DNA of 64,000 nt. It comes from Candidatus Poribacteria bacterium. GTDB taxonomy: Bacteria; Poribacteria; WGA-4E; WGA-3G. The notes under the pieces were generated by a model that saw only the letters and a list, made by a program, of their open reading frames with translations, searched no databases and was not told where the DNA came from. How positions within the stretch are numbered: position 1 is the first letter of the stretch; each line of letters starts with the position of its first letter. Made by a program: the position numbers and the translations under genes. This document shows, in pieces, positions 30,114 to 39,780 of this stretch. The stretch lies in assembly GCA_963665235.2 (NCBI GenBank), contig CAXXLX010000001.1:32001-96000 (forward strand), read 5' to 3'.

Positions 30114-31520
30114 CTATTTGAGGATGAGCATTTTGCGCGTCGCGGAGAAGTCCCCCGCGGTGAGGGTGTAGAAATAGATTCCACTCGCTACGGACTCGCC
30201 TAACTCGTTTTTGCCATCCCAATAGGCGGCTTGGGTACGGGTCTTATACATGCCAACATCCCGATGTCCTATTGCTAATGTCCGAACAACGTTGCCATCT
30301 GAGGCATAAATGGTTACCGTGACATCAGCGGCTTTGGACAACTGATACGGTATCCATGTCTCTGGGTTGAACGGGTTCGGGTAGTTTGCTAACAGTGCCG
30401 TTTTATTCGGTGTTAGTGCACGGGCTAAGTCTTCAAGCACCTGAATGCCGCGTTGGTAGGAAAACCCTTCCGGAATGGAGGATTTAACAACGTTTGCAGC
30501 GTTTTGACGCGCAAGACGCAGCCAATTGTTGACGACGGCTACAGCGGACTGGTTCGCAGTCGGTGCACCAATAGCGGAACCTAACGCACCAGCAACTAAA
30601 GCTAAATCCGCCAAGTTGACAGTGCCGTCACCATTCAGATCAGCTGCTGCGCTTGTCGTCCCGAACTGTGAGGCGACTAACACCAGGTCAAAGATGTTTA
30701 CGACACCATCGTTATTTACATCCGTTGATAGGGGCTGATAACCCGGGGTGCCGAGCCCATTTTGATAAGTGCTAACTGCCCACGCCGCCGCACGATACCC
30801 AAAAACTATCGGTTGTGTTCGTTCCCATACCGTGTCTACAGTGAATGCAGGGATCGTTGCTACGGCTTCGCCTTGGACGTAATTCCCTGCAATATCACCG
30901 AACACTGTCGGGTTTCGTAGGATCAATGCAAACGTTGCTTGTGGCAACGCAAACTTTTCAGAAACCACAGACAGAACAGATATATCATCGGCTGCTGCCA
31001 TCTCTGTGTTTGTGAGTAAAAGGACTTCACCTGCGGGGATAACCGTGCCTGTGGGGAACGGCACAACGACATTACTATCCGCTGTCCGAACAGTGAGTTG
31101 CCAATCGTCAAGTGGAAGGGCAGCACCACTAACATTGCGGAGTTCCAGCCAGTCGGTGGTATCGTCAGAACCGTTATGGAGTTCATTGAAGATAACGGTA
31201 TCGAACTTCAATAGGGCACTGAGCTGTAAAAGTTCTTGACTGCTGAGCCCCGGCACCGCATCAGCAAACTGGGGGGTGACCGTAACGGAGAAGCTCTGGG
31301 TAGCAGTTGCGTTGCTTGGGTCTGTCGCCGTCACGGTGATTGTGGCTGTTCCCAAACCATTTCCGAAGACAACTATCACCGAATTATGCATGACACTCAG
31401 GCCTGCCTCGGCTATCAGGTCATCAGAAGAGCTGGCGGAGTAGGTCAATGCATTACCATCGGGGTCGCTGAAATAGCTGCTAACGCCGAGTGCGGGCGTT
31501 TCTGATTGGACACTTGTGTA
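30114..31520 (-). CDS. Secreted-type modular protein: cadherin-like Ig, lamin-tail domain, dockerin and FlgD/T9SS-like C-terminal domain; 5' end abuts the IS right end
   Basis: FSDPDGNALTY, IFNELHN...DWLELRN, DVNNDGVVNIFDL/DLNGDGTVNLAD and LLANYPNPFNPETWIPYQL...SGIYFYTL...RKMLILK. Confidence 0.8.
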   Translation of the reverse strand, partial: YTSVQSETPALGVSSYFSDPDGNALTYSASSSDDLIAEAGLSVMHNSVIVVFGNGLGTATITVTATDPSNATATQSFSVTVTPQFADAVPGLSSQELLQLSALLKFDTVIFNELHNGSDDTTDWLELRNVSGAALPLDDWQLTVRTADSNVVVPFPTGTVIPAGEVLLLTNTEMAAADDISVLSVVSEKFALPQATFALILRNPTVFGDIAGNYVQGEAVATIPAFTVDTVWERTQPIVFGYRAAAWAVSTYQNGLGTPGYQPLSTDVNNDGVVNIFDLVLVASQFGTTSAAADLNGDGTVNLADLALVAGALGSAIGAPTANQSAVAVVNNWLRLARQNAANVVKSSIPEGFSYQRGIQVLEDLARALTPNKTALLANYPNPFNPETWIPYQLSKAADVTVTIYASDGNVVRTLAIGHRDVGMYKTRTQAAYWDGKNELGESVASGIYFYTLTAGDFSATRKMLILK

Positions 31521-31700
31521 TTGACATACTCCCCCAGCTAAAGCAAGGGGGATTCTTTTGAAAGTGAATCCCATGCTCTCTGGTGCGGATTGTGGGGTAT
31601 AGACTTCGGGTGAAGTCTGCGAGGGCTGCTCGCAATAGCAAGGCTGACATCCTCTAATCCAAAGGTTGACGCCCCAACCTTTAAAATATTTATCGCAGCG
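31501..31700 (-). ncRNA. Predicted omega/reRNA scaffold plus guide (boundaries approximate)
   Basis: Known TnpB biology: the RNA derives from the tnpB 3' end and right end, and the guide is the flanking DNA (TACACAAGTGTCCAATCAGA). Confidence 0.55.
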
Positions 31701-32929
31701 TTAACGTCACGATGGTGTTTCTGCGCGCAAGTAGAACAACACCATTGACGAACAGACAAGTCCAGCTGCTGTTTTCGCTGTCCACAGTGGCTACAAGTCT
31801 TAGAAGTCGGTTCAAAACGGTCAATATAGTGAACCTCTTTACCGTGTTTGACCGCTTGATGTTGCAACTTTTGATGAAACGAGTAGGGCGCAATATCAGA
31901 AACTTGACGACCCCACAACCGTTTCATCCCCTCAAAAGTCAACGTCTCAAAACAGAGGTCATCGTGTTCATGCACAAAACGCTTCGCGAGTTTCCAATGA
32001 TGATCCTCACGTTGTCTCTTGATTTTACGGTGTTTGCGCGCCACATCTAAGCGGGAACGCTCACAGTTGTTGCTACCCTTTACTTTCTTAGCATGGGCAC
32101 GTTGGGCTACAGACAAATCCGCCATAGAGGTTTTATAGAACTCAGGAGACTCATATTCTGTGCCATCGGAACAGGTGAACATCGTTTTGATACCGAAATC
32201 ATACCCTGCAGCACTACCCGTCTTAGGTAGGATTTCAGATACCGTGTCATCTGTTACAACACACATATAGAAGTCACCAACGCTATCTGCTTTGATAGTG
32301 ACTGTCTTAATATTACCTACTATCTCGCGGCTTAGATTAAACCGATATTGTTTTTCCATTATACGGACCCTATCACCATAGAAACTATAGCCAGAGGGGG
32401 ACATTGTGAATGAATACGGTTTGCGCCATGAACGAAACTTAGGCGGACGCTTCGCAATACACTTAAAAAAACGCTGATACCCGGTGTCTAAACGCCGCAG
32501 TATATCACGCGCCGCCCAAGAGTCTAACTCACGCCAATGCGAAAACACTTCAGGATGTGAGTTCCTAAGGACGGTAAAGGCACGCGACATCTCAGGAAGC
32601 GACATATACGCAAGACCAAGAGAATAGCGCGTCCGCTGCCAACCTAAAAAATAGTTCCAAACATCATGGGCCACCCACGTTAAACGCTTGAGATTACGAT
32701 TACGCGGGGCACGAAAAAGTTTGTATTTTGTGGTATACATCTAAGGGTATCCTGCCTTGAAAAGTTGCTACCTGCCTCTAAAAAGGGGCGGAGAAGTCTA
32801 TAGATTCTCCGCTAAGGCATTAAATAGAGTATACCCCATTTTTCAGGAAAAGTCAAATTAAAATTTCAACTCATGCACCGCTACTACATCCCCCAGCTAA
32901 AGCATGGGGGTTTTGTAGCGGAAGATTTG
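31521..32929 (-). mobile_element. Complete non-autonomous IS200/IS605 (IS1341-type, IS608-like ends) element carrying tnpB only
   Basis: Left end TTAT|CAAATC...AAAA-CCCCCATGCTTTAGCTGGGGG; right end GAAT-CCCCCTTGCTTTAGCTGGGGG-AGTATGTCAA|. Confidence 0.9.
31538..32740 (-). CDS. tnpB: TnpB RNA-guided endonuclease with an intact catalytic triad
   Basis: RuvC-I GYDFGIK, RuvC-II CFETL, Zn finger CSHC...CSTC, RuvC-III RDVNAAINI. Confidence 0.95.
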   Translation of the reverse strand: MYTTKYKLFRAPRNRNLKRLTWVAHDVWNYFLGWQRTRYSLGLAYMSLPEMSRAFTVLRNSHPEVFSHWRELDSWAARDILRRLDTGYQRFFKCIAKRPPKFRSWRKPYSFTMSPSGYSFYGDRVRIMEKQYRFNLSREIVGNIKTVTIKADSVGDFYMCVVTDDTVSEILPKTGSAAGYDFGIKTMFTCSDGTEYESPEFYKTSMADLSVAQRAHAKKVKGSNNCERSRLDVARKHRKIKRQREDHHWKLAKRFVHEHDDLCFETLTFEGMKRLWGRQVSDIAPYSFHQKLQHQAVKHGKEVHYIDRFEPTSKTCSHCGQRKQQLDLSVRQWCCSTCAQKHHRDVNAAINILKVGASTFGLEDVSLAIASSPRRLHPKSIPHNPHQRAWDSLSKESPLL

Positions 32930-32982
32930 ATAAAATGACCGATGCGATGTCTCCGTCTGATAAAGATACTAAACTTTAGACA

Positions 32983-33010
32983 ATTTTAGGGTGCGTAACG
33001 TCCTTGTCAA
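32983..33010 (-). promoter_or_regulatory. sigma70-like host promoter facing the IS left end
   Basis: TTGACA-N16-TAAAAT. Confidence 0.5.
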
Positions 33011-33280
33011 AGGGATAGGTGGAAGGGTGGAAAATTGGAAGGGCGGATTTCGCGTGTGTTGTCAGAATGCCCGTCGCATTTGGGCGAGTACGCCGCAAAT
33101 CACGGAAAGCACGGAGAACGCGGAGAACGCGGAGTGTCCGGTGCGTAACAATCTCTTTGGCAATTTTCAGCGATTGGCAATTGGAAACCAGAAGAAGAGG
33201 GTTTTGACGCGCGACAGAGATATGCTTAGCATCACAACCTCTTGCTAAATGCTATAAGCGAACAGCCAATAGCCAACATA

Positions 33281-33359
33281 CTATAAACATATCGCCCCGA
33301 TGGGGCTAGCTTGTGTGTTGTTTGGGTTTTCTATAAACATATCCCCCCGATGGGGCTAA
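33281..33359. repeat. Two CTATAAACATATC REP-like units overlapping the GT9 gene 3' end
   Basis: Copies at 33281 and 33331. Confidence 0.85.
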
Positions 33360-34394
33360 GAGCGGACTGTTACCCTTCCTGACATTAACCACGGCCTCCA
33401 ACACCTGCGCCACCGTAATCCCATCAATCACCGCGCAGCTGCCTGCACCACACCCGCCAGGATTCCGCCCCGGATGACACGGATTACATCCCAAATCGAT
33501 TCCGCTGTGCACAACTGTATGCATATCACCATACGGACCGCTACGAATGTGATTCGTTGAGCCGAAGAGTGCAACGACAGGGGTTTGGACAGCCGCAGCA
33601 ATATGCATCGGACCCGTGTCATTGCCGATATAGACATCACACGTTGCAATCAACGCTGCAACTTCCCGAAGATTTTCTGTTTCAACTACGACCGGCGGGG
33701 TGTCCATCATGCTGGCTACCTGTGCTTGACGGTCCCGTTCGTTTGGACCGGCGAAGAGCAAAATGGCACCGTCCTGCTCTTTACACAATCTGCTTGCAAG
33801 CTCTGCGTATTTTTCGGGGTTCCACAATTTGTATTCCCAATTCCCACCTATATGGATACCGATTAACACCTTTTCTGGTGGCAGTCCTGCTTCGGTGAGA
33901 AAACGTTGTGCCGCCGCATGCTCCAAATCGGTCAACTGTAAGGACGGTTGTCCCTCCGTTGTGTCAACCCCGTGTCTTTGTAGCACCTCTATATATCGAG
34001 TGACAGCATGCCGATTCCTATCTCCACCATGCACTAATCCCCAATGTTTCGCCCCGATACATCGGGCAATAAAGCTATCTCGTAAATTGATAACAAGGTC
34101 GAATTTTTCACGCCGTAGGGTTTTTACAAGTTTCATTCTCCCTTTCAAACCAGCGTGTTCGCCTCGGTTGTCGTAGACAAGAATGGCATTAAGTTGCGGG
34201 TCGTTTTTGAGGATGGCGGAGGCACCGGGCCCGACTATAAAGGTAATATGTGCATCCTGAAAATGGTGTCGCAGCGGCGCAATGACAGCAGTAGATAGCA
34301 CCGCATCGCCTATGAAACTGAAGCTAAAGACAACAATTTTGATGTGTCCTTGCGGTCTGATAAACGGAAAGGCTGTGATACGCTCCGGTGCCAT
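33306..34394 (-). CDS. GT9 LPS heptosyltransferase (WaaF-like)
   Basis: IGDAVLST, GNDTGPMHIAAA, LFGST and CxPC...C motifs. Confidence 0.9.
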   Translation of the reverse strand: MAPERITAFPFIRPQGHIKIVVFSFSFIGDAVLSTAVIAPLRHHFQDAHITFIVGPGASAILKNDPQLNAILVYDNRGEHAGLKGRMKLVKTLRREKFDLVINLRDSFIARCIGAKHWGLVHGGDRNRHAVTRYIEVLQRHGVDTTEGQPSLQLTDLEHAAAQRFLTEAGLPPEKVLIGIHIGGNWEYKLWNPEKYAELASRLCKEQDGAILLFAGPNERDRQAQVASMMDTPPVVVETENLREVAALIATCDVYIGNDTGPMHIAAAVQTPVVALFGSTNHIRSGPYGDMHTVVHSGIDLGCNPCHPGRNPGGCGAGSCAVIDGITVAQVLEAVVNVRKGNSPLLAPSGGYVYRKPKQHTS

Positions 34395-34438
34395 ATATCC
34401 CCTCCCCGCTTGTACTGGCTGTTACCCACAAATTCAGA

Positions 34439-34684
34439 CTACTTGCCGTTTGTTACCAAAGCCCGCATGAACGAAGCGAGACTTTCTGCCTGCGCAGCTG
34501 TTCGGAGCAGTGCTTTGAGACGTTGCATGTCTTCTATCCCCTCAAGCGATAGCTGTAATGTTTGCTCTGTGCCTATGTGGAATCGAGCGTCGAGGACATT
34601 TAAGATGTTTTCAACAGTAGTTTGTTGCCGACCTTCTTCGAAGCCTATCTGTAAGATATATCGGTAAGTTGATGATTCAAGCAT
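34439..34684 (-). CDS. Stand-alone C-terminal domain of an Rpn/DUF4351-like protein (RpnS-like)
   Basis: MLESSTYRYILQIGFEEGRQQ...LDARF...IEDMQRLKALLRTAAQAESL; GGAGG RBS just before the ATG. Confidence 0.6.
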   Translation of the reverse strand: MLESSTYRYILQIGFEEGRQQTTVENILNVLDARFHIGTEQTLQLSLEGIEDMQRLKALLRTAAQAESLASFMRALVTNGK

Positions 34685-34994
34685 AGAACCCTCCATTAGA
34701 TGTTTGATTTCTTCGGGGTCAGCGATTAACCCGCTCAAAATCCATTGCCATATTAGCGATTGGCAATTAGCGGTTGGCAATTAGCAAGAGGAAGAGGACT
34801 CTGACGCGCGTTAGAGTTCGGACTATTAATCAGAAAATCTTGCCAATAGCCATTAGCCAGCGAAGCATAATAGAATGTTATCCTTTTAATACAATATAGG
34901 GATGATAAGGTGTAGCTAATATGAATATTATACACTTAAATTGGAACCGCTGCCAATCTTTTTCTGCGAAAATGGCGAGAAGAGATGTGCGGTG

Positions 34995-36242
34995 TTAATT
35001 TCTTCGTAATGGAAAGGATTCAATCAGTTCAACCGCCGTTGTCAAGCCATCCTCAGATTCCATTTGTGTGCCCAACGTTTCTGCTTTTTCAGTCATTTCG
35101 GATGTGCTTAAAACCTGTTCAATCCGTTGTGCAAGGCGTTTGGCAGTGAGTTTACGTCGATGTAGACTTTTCGGGGCAACGCTTAAATCAAAAAGTAATT
35201 TCCCCCAATAAAACTGATCGGCGATGTGTGGCACAACGACAGATGGAACTTTGGCACGACATACTGAGGCGGTAGTGCCAGCTCCCCCGTGATGCACGAC
35301 ACAACTTGCCTTCGGAAATAGCCATTGATGTGGTACGTATTCCGTGCAAAAAATGTCTTTTCCAGCGTCCTGATTGCCTAAAAGTCCCCATCCCGCTTGG
35401 ATAATCGCCCGTTGGTTTGTCATTTTGACAGCATCAATTAAAATCTCCGTTGTTTCCGTACCATCGCTCCCCCCCATAGACCCGAACGTAATGACAATAG
35501 GTGGCGGTCCATCATTTAAAAAATCTGTGAGTTCGGAAGGCGGGACGTAGTCCGGCTGCGTAAGATGCCAAATGCCGGTAAATTTGTGGTTTGCAGGAAG
35601 ATTGACAGGGGGACAGATTACTGGCGACGCAGCGATAAGGTTCAGATGGGGTGAATACATCTGGTCTGACGCTACTGATGCCCTCGGTTCGCCACCGACA
35701 GCCGTAATAAACTGATTGAATAGCGGGTCAACAGTATATTTGAGGCGGAGTCTTACCAATTTCCACACAAGCGCGTTAAATGTTCTACTCCAATTCGGAA
35801 ACGGATAGGGGGGATTATCAGCGGTTTTAATGAACCCCGGACAATACGTCACAGTCAACCACGGTAACCCGTTTCGGATAGCTGCCTCCTGCGCGGGGAT
35901 GTCTATGGAATGACAGATAACTAAATCATATCCTTTCATCGCTTCGAGGCAATCGTTATACCACTTTTCGCCCCGGCGCAGAATACCCTCCTTCGCGATA
36001 AGCAGCAGTGGTGCCATAGGGTCGCGCATTGCCATGACAGTATCCATCGCCTCATGAAATTCTGCTAACTCAAAAGCGACTCCCACCTCGTAGAAGTCAG
36101 CACCAATCTGAAGAATCTTCTCCTCGTAAAGGGAGGGCGCGCAGACGCGTACCTGATGGCTCCTTTCAAGTAAACGTTCCGCAAGTGCTAGGAGCGGATA
36201 TACATCCCCTGTTGTTCCCCATGCTGACATGGCAATTTTCAT
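34995..36242 (-). CDS. GT1/GT28-type UDP-glycosyltransferase (sterol glucosyltransferase-like)
   Basis: WGTTGDVYP, ITFGSM and VPHQWLF...HHGGAGTT...DQFYW motifs. Confidence 0.85.
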   Translation of the reverse strand: MKIAMSAWGTTGDVYPLLALAERLLERSHQVRVCAPSLYEEKILQIGADFYEVGVAFELAEFHEAMDTVMAMRDPMAPLLLIAKEGILRRGEKWYNDCLEAMKGYDLVICHSIDIPAQEAAIRNGLPWLTVTYCPGFIKTADNPPYPFPNWSRTFNALVWKLVRLRLKYTVDPLFNQFITAVGGEPRASVASDQMYSPHLNLIAASPVICPPVNLPANHKFTGIWHLTQPDYVPPSELTDFLNDGPPPIVITFGSMGGSDGTETTEILIDAVKMTNQRAIIQAGWGLLGNQDAGKDIFCTEYVPHQWLFPKASCVVHHGGAGTTASVCRAKVPSVVVPHIADQFYWGKLLFDLSVAPKSLHRRKLTAKRLAQRIEQVLSTSEMTEKAETLGTQMESEDGLTTAVELIESFPLRRN

Positions 36243-37306
36243 TTTCCCCTCGCCTCCACGGTCAGAGTCGTTGCATCCCATACCATTTCCACAGGAAGTT
36301 TTTTAGTGCATTCCCATCCGATTTTGCACTTATGTGCGCTACAGGGCCAGCACGGCATATCGCGCCGCACAATAGAGGCGTTTTCACTCATCGGGTGCCA
36401 TGCAACATAGTCGGTCGGTCCGAAGATTGCAACCGTCGGTACGTCCAAAGCTGCGGCTATATGCATCGGTCCGGAATCATTGCACACGACTAGATTGCAT
36501 CGCGAAAGCAGCCCCCCCAATTCACGAACTGTCTTCGGTGCGTAAACGATTGGTGTGGACTGCATCGCTTCTTGGATGTTGCGGACCAGTTCCACTTCGT
36601 TAGGCCCGTGTAAAAGAAGGATTGTACCGTTGTAATGCGCTACGAGTCTGTCAGCAAGTTCAGCGAACCGTTTCTCGGGCCAACGTTTATCAAACGAGCT
36701 CCCCCCCGGATGAATGCCGATTAGGTATGTATCGTCGCCGAGTCCCCAGGATGCGCGGCACAATTCGACATTTTCAATCTCCTCCGGCAGCAGATTGAAA
36801 ATAGGTTTGCGTCCTACACCCTCGTCACGACAGATTAATCGTACCAATTCTAGGTTTCTATCCACTTCATGGGTTTCCCCTTTTCGATATTTTCCTTTCC
36901 ATGCATGTGTGAGCGTAGATTTAAACCGTTTCTGATACCGACCTAGGCGGTACGGCGCGCCAGAAAGAGAAGCGATGAGATGGGGCCATGTAGCGGTCTG
37001 CATCGCAACTACGAGATGAAACTGCTTACGGCGCAGGGTGTGATAAAATTGAAGACGTGCTGTTAATCGACTGTGTTCGCCGCCCCGGTCAAACACAATA
37101 ACCTTATCAACATCGGGATTGCCGGTTAAGAGGGGGGCATTAAGCGGACGTGCTAACACCGTAATTTCTGCGGATGGATAATTCTGTCGTAATAACGCTA
37201 TCGCTGGTGTTGAATTCAGCAAATCGCCAATCCCATCCGTGCGGATGATGAGTATTTTATCGATGTTAGGAAGCGGCTCTCCGTTCGTTAAATCTCGATG
37301 TGGCAT
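36239..37306 (-). CDS. GT9 LPS heptosyltransferase-family protein
   Basis: GIGDLL, CNDSGPMHIAAAL, IFGPT and CWPC motifs. Confidence 0.9.
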   Translation of the reverse strand: MPHRDLTNGEPLPNIDKILIIRTDGIGDLLNSTPAIALLRQNYPSAEITVLARPLNAPLLTGNPDVDKVIVFDRGGEHSRLTARLQFYHTLRRKQFHLVVAMQTATWPHLIASLSGAPYRLGRYQKRFKSTLTHAWKGKYRKGETHEVDRNLELVRLICRDEGVGRKPIFNLLPEEIENVELCRASWGLGDDTYLIGIHPGGSSFDKRWPEKRFAELADRLVAHYNGTILLLHGPNEVELVRNIQEAMQSTPIVYAPKTVRELGGLLSRCNLVVCNDSGPMHIAAALDVPTVAIFGPTDYVAWHPMSENASIVRRDMPCWPCSAHKCKIGWECTKKLPVEMVWDATTLTVEARGK

Positions 37307-37441
37307 AAGTGTTTCACCTTCGTCCTGCGGTTAAGTACTTTTGTCTATTATAGCATAAAGTGAACGGAAAGACAAAGGATTACAAATATTTCCTCAAAAA
37401 TATTTATTGCATCAATACCGACGGTATGGTATCATAAAACT

Positions 37442-39334
37442 ATGCACCAAAAAGACCCTCGCGCCCTACAGGAACTTGAAAGACCATCAACGTGGCGTTT
37501 TATCGTTGGTACCCTCGGCCTCGGCTCCGTTCTCATTCTTCTGACCTGCTATTGGATTATCTCCGCAGAAAACCGGGTCGTGTGGGAACTCACAGATTTC
37601 TCAATCTTTCCCACTGTGATTTTCACGTTCTTTCTGCTCGCTGTGCTTGCCCCTTTTCTAAGGAGACTCCTCAAACGGGCCGCACCAACCGAGCGCGAAT
37701 TGGCCCTGACGTACATCATGGTCTCAGTTGCCACCGCGCTTGCAGGGCACGACATCGTTCGGCAATTGGTGCCGATGATAGCAAACGCAGGATGGTATGC
37801 GACCCCAGAAAACGAATGGGCCGATATCTTCTTCCGATTTCTTCCGCCGTGGTTAACCATTACCGACCGTAAAATCTTGACAGGTTATTTTGAAGGCGAT
37901 GATACGTTTTGGCAACCCCATTATATGGAGGCGTGGTTTTGGCCGATTGTCGCCTGGAGCGGTTTGGTGATTGTGCTGCTGTTTATGATGCTATGTATCA
38001 ACATCATCATTCGAAAACAGTGGATTGACCATGAAAAGTTGAGTTATCCGCTGACAACGCTGCCCGTTGAACTGCTCGGCAATACGTCCGCCCTCTTTCG
38101 GAATAAACTGATTTGGCTCGGTTTCGGCATAGCCTTCGGCCTTGAAATCTTATCGGGACTGAATTATCTGTTTCCAGTGATACCCTCGCTCAAAATTAAA
38201 TATCAGCTCTACTTTTCAGACCGGCCGTGGAATGCGATAGGCCGTTTGCCGATTTACGTCTATCCGTTTGCCATAGGGCTCGGTTATTTGATGCCGTTAG
38301 ATTTAGCACTCTCTTTTTGGGCGTTCTACCTATTTTGGGGAGGACAACGTATCTTTTTCAGTGCAACAGGTTGGACAACCGCTATCGGGTTTCAAACCGA
38401 GCAACGGGCAGGTGCATGGCTCGGTATAGGCTTGCTCGCCCTAGTGACGAGTCGTCGGCAAATTTTACAAGTGCTCGGCGGCGTATTCTCCTTCAGGTCA
38501 AAAGACGGCTTATATCAACTCGCTGTATTTGGGTTGATATTTGGATTAGCCGTTGTCCTGATATTTTGGTATTTCGCTGGACTATCACCGTGGGTTGCGC
38601 TCGGTTATTTCAGCATCTATTTGGTGTTGTGTATCGGAATGACGCGCATGCGCGCCGAACTTGGCCCGCCGACACATGAGTTACACGGCATGCATCCCGA
38701 CCGGATGATGCTGCTATTTTTAGGCAGTCGTCCGTTGGGTGCACAGAATTTGACCAACACAACGTTATTGTCCTGGCTCGCCTACGGCTATCGGTGTCAT
38801 CCGATGCCGCACCAGTTGGAAGCATTTAAAATCGGCAGGTATTTCCGCCTCAGCGAAAATCGGTTAGTTGTTGCCTTGATAGTCGCCTCTATTGTTGGCG
38901 CGTTCATCTCCGTTATTGGGCATGTCGCGCTCTACTATGAGTACCGGTTTGCCCGCTGGGGTGTCGGTGAGTTTAATCGCTTGCAAAACTGGATTACTGC
39001 CCCGCGTGCCCCGAATTTCGCTGCTATTCAACACATGGGGGTTGGCTTCCTCTTCGCCTGCATGTTGACCTTTCTCAAACGACAATTTTTGTGGTGGCCG
39101 TTTTACTCGGTAGGATATGCCGTTGGCAACGGCTGGGCTATCGGATGGATGTGGTTCTCAATCTTCTTAGGATGGCTCTTCAAAAAATTACTATTCACCG
39201 GGAGTGGTGTACGTGCATATCGCAAGGCGTTGCCGCTGTTCTTAGGTCTTATCTTCGGGCAGTTTCTCGCGGGTAGCCTCTGGAGTCTGTTAGGCGTATT
39301 GCTAAACATGAACATGTACACCCTTTTCCCTTAA
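37442..39334 (+). CDS. Polytopic membrane protein, DUF6785/DUF6784-like (putative peptide transporter)
   Basis: Many TM helices; QWIDHEKLSYPL, MRAELGPP, HPMPHQLEAFK and WWPFYSVGY motifs. Confidence 0.65.
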   Translation: MHQKDPRALQELERPSTWRFIVGTLGLGSVLILLTCYWIISAENRVVWELTDFSIFPTVIFTFFLLAVLAPFLRRLLKRAAPTERELALTYIMVSVATALAGHDIVRQLVPMIANAGWYATPENEWADIFFRFLPPWLTITDRKILTGYFEGDDTFWQPHYMEAWFWPIVAWSGLVIVLLFMMLCINIIIRKQWIDHEKLSYPLTTLPVELLGNTSALFRNKLIWLGFGIAFGLEILSGLNYLFPVIPSLKIKYQLYFSDRPWNAIGRLPIYVYPFAIGLGYLMPLDLALSFWAFYLFWGGQRIFFSATGWTTAIGFQTEQRAGAWLGIGLLALVTSRRQILQVLGGVFSFRSKDGLYQLAVFGLIFGLAVVLIFWYFAGLSPWVALGYFSIYLVLCIGMTRMRAELGPPTHELHGMHPDRMMLLFLGSRPLGAQNLTNTTLLSWLAYGYRCHPMPHQLEAFKIGRYFRLSENRLVVALIVASIVGAFISVIGHVALYYEYRFARWGVGEFNRLQNWITAPRAPNFAAIQHMGVGFLFACMLTFLKRQFLWWPFYSVGYAVGNGWAIGWMWFSIFLGWLFKKLLFTGSGVRAYRKALPLFLGLIFGQFLAGSLWSLLGVLLNMNMYTLFP

Positions 39335-39338
39335 ACGT

Positions 39339-39683
39339 TTAGAAGTCCTCCAATGCCTCCTCAACGCTTTCAAAAACGCCGATGCTCTGTGTTAACCCGA
39401 TAGTACTGAAGATAGTCCGCACCTGTGTAGCCGGATGTACGATGCGCAGCGTTTGCCCTTTATCCCGAGTCTTCCAAAGTAATTTGATAATAGTGCCGAA
39501 CCCACTGCTAGTGATAAAGCTCTGTTGGTGAAAGTTAAGCAAAATTTTCGCTGCTTCCTGTACCCCCTCTTTATCATAAGCTTCATTAATGACATCTTCC
39601 GATTCGTTGGTTAGGTAACCGGTAACGTCAAATATTGCAAGGTCTTCTATGTATCGGATAGATATTTGCGGATGTGCTCTCAC
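39339..39683 (-). CDS. STAS domain anti-sigma-factor antagonist
   Basis: FITSSGFG motif, 114 aa, C-terminal FESVEEAL. Confidence 0.85.
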   Translation of the reverse strand: MRAHPQISIRYIEDLAIFDVTGYLTNESEDVINEAYDKEGVQEAAKILLNFHQQSFITSSGFGTIIKLLWKTRDKGQTLRIVHPATQVRTIFSTIGLTQSIGVFESVEEALEDF

Positions 39684-39780
39684 ATTTTCCTCCTCAAGGA
39701 TAGCATCCTTTATAGTCTTCGTATGTCGGGCTGAGCTTGAGAAACCCGAGCTAAACCGTTGCTAAATTTTCGTAAACAAT

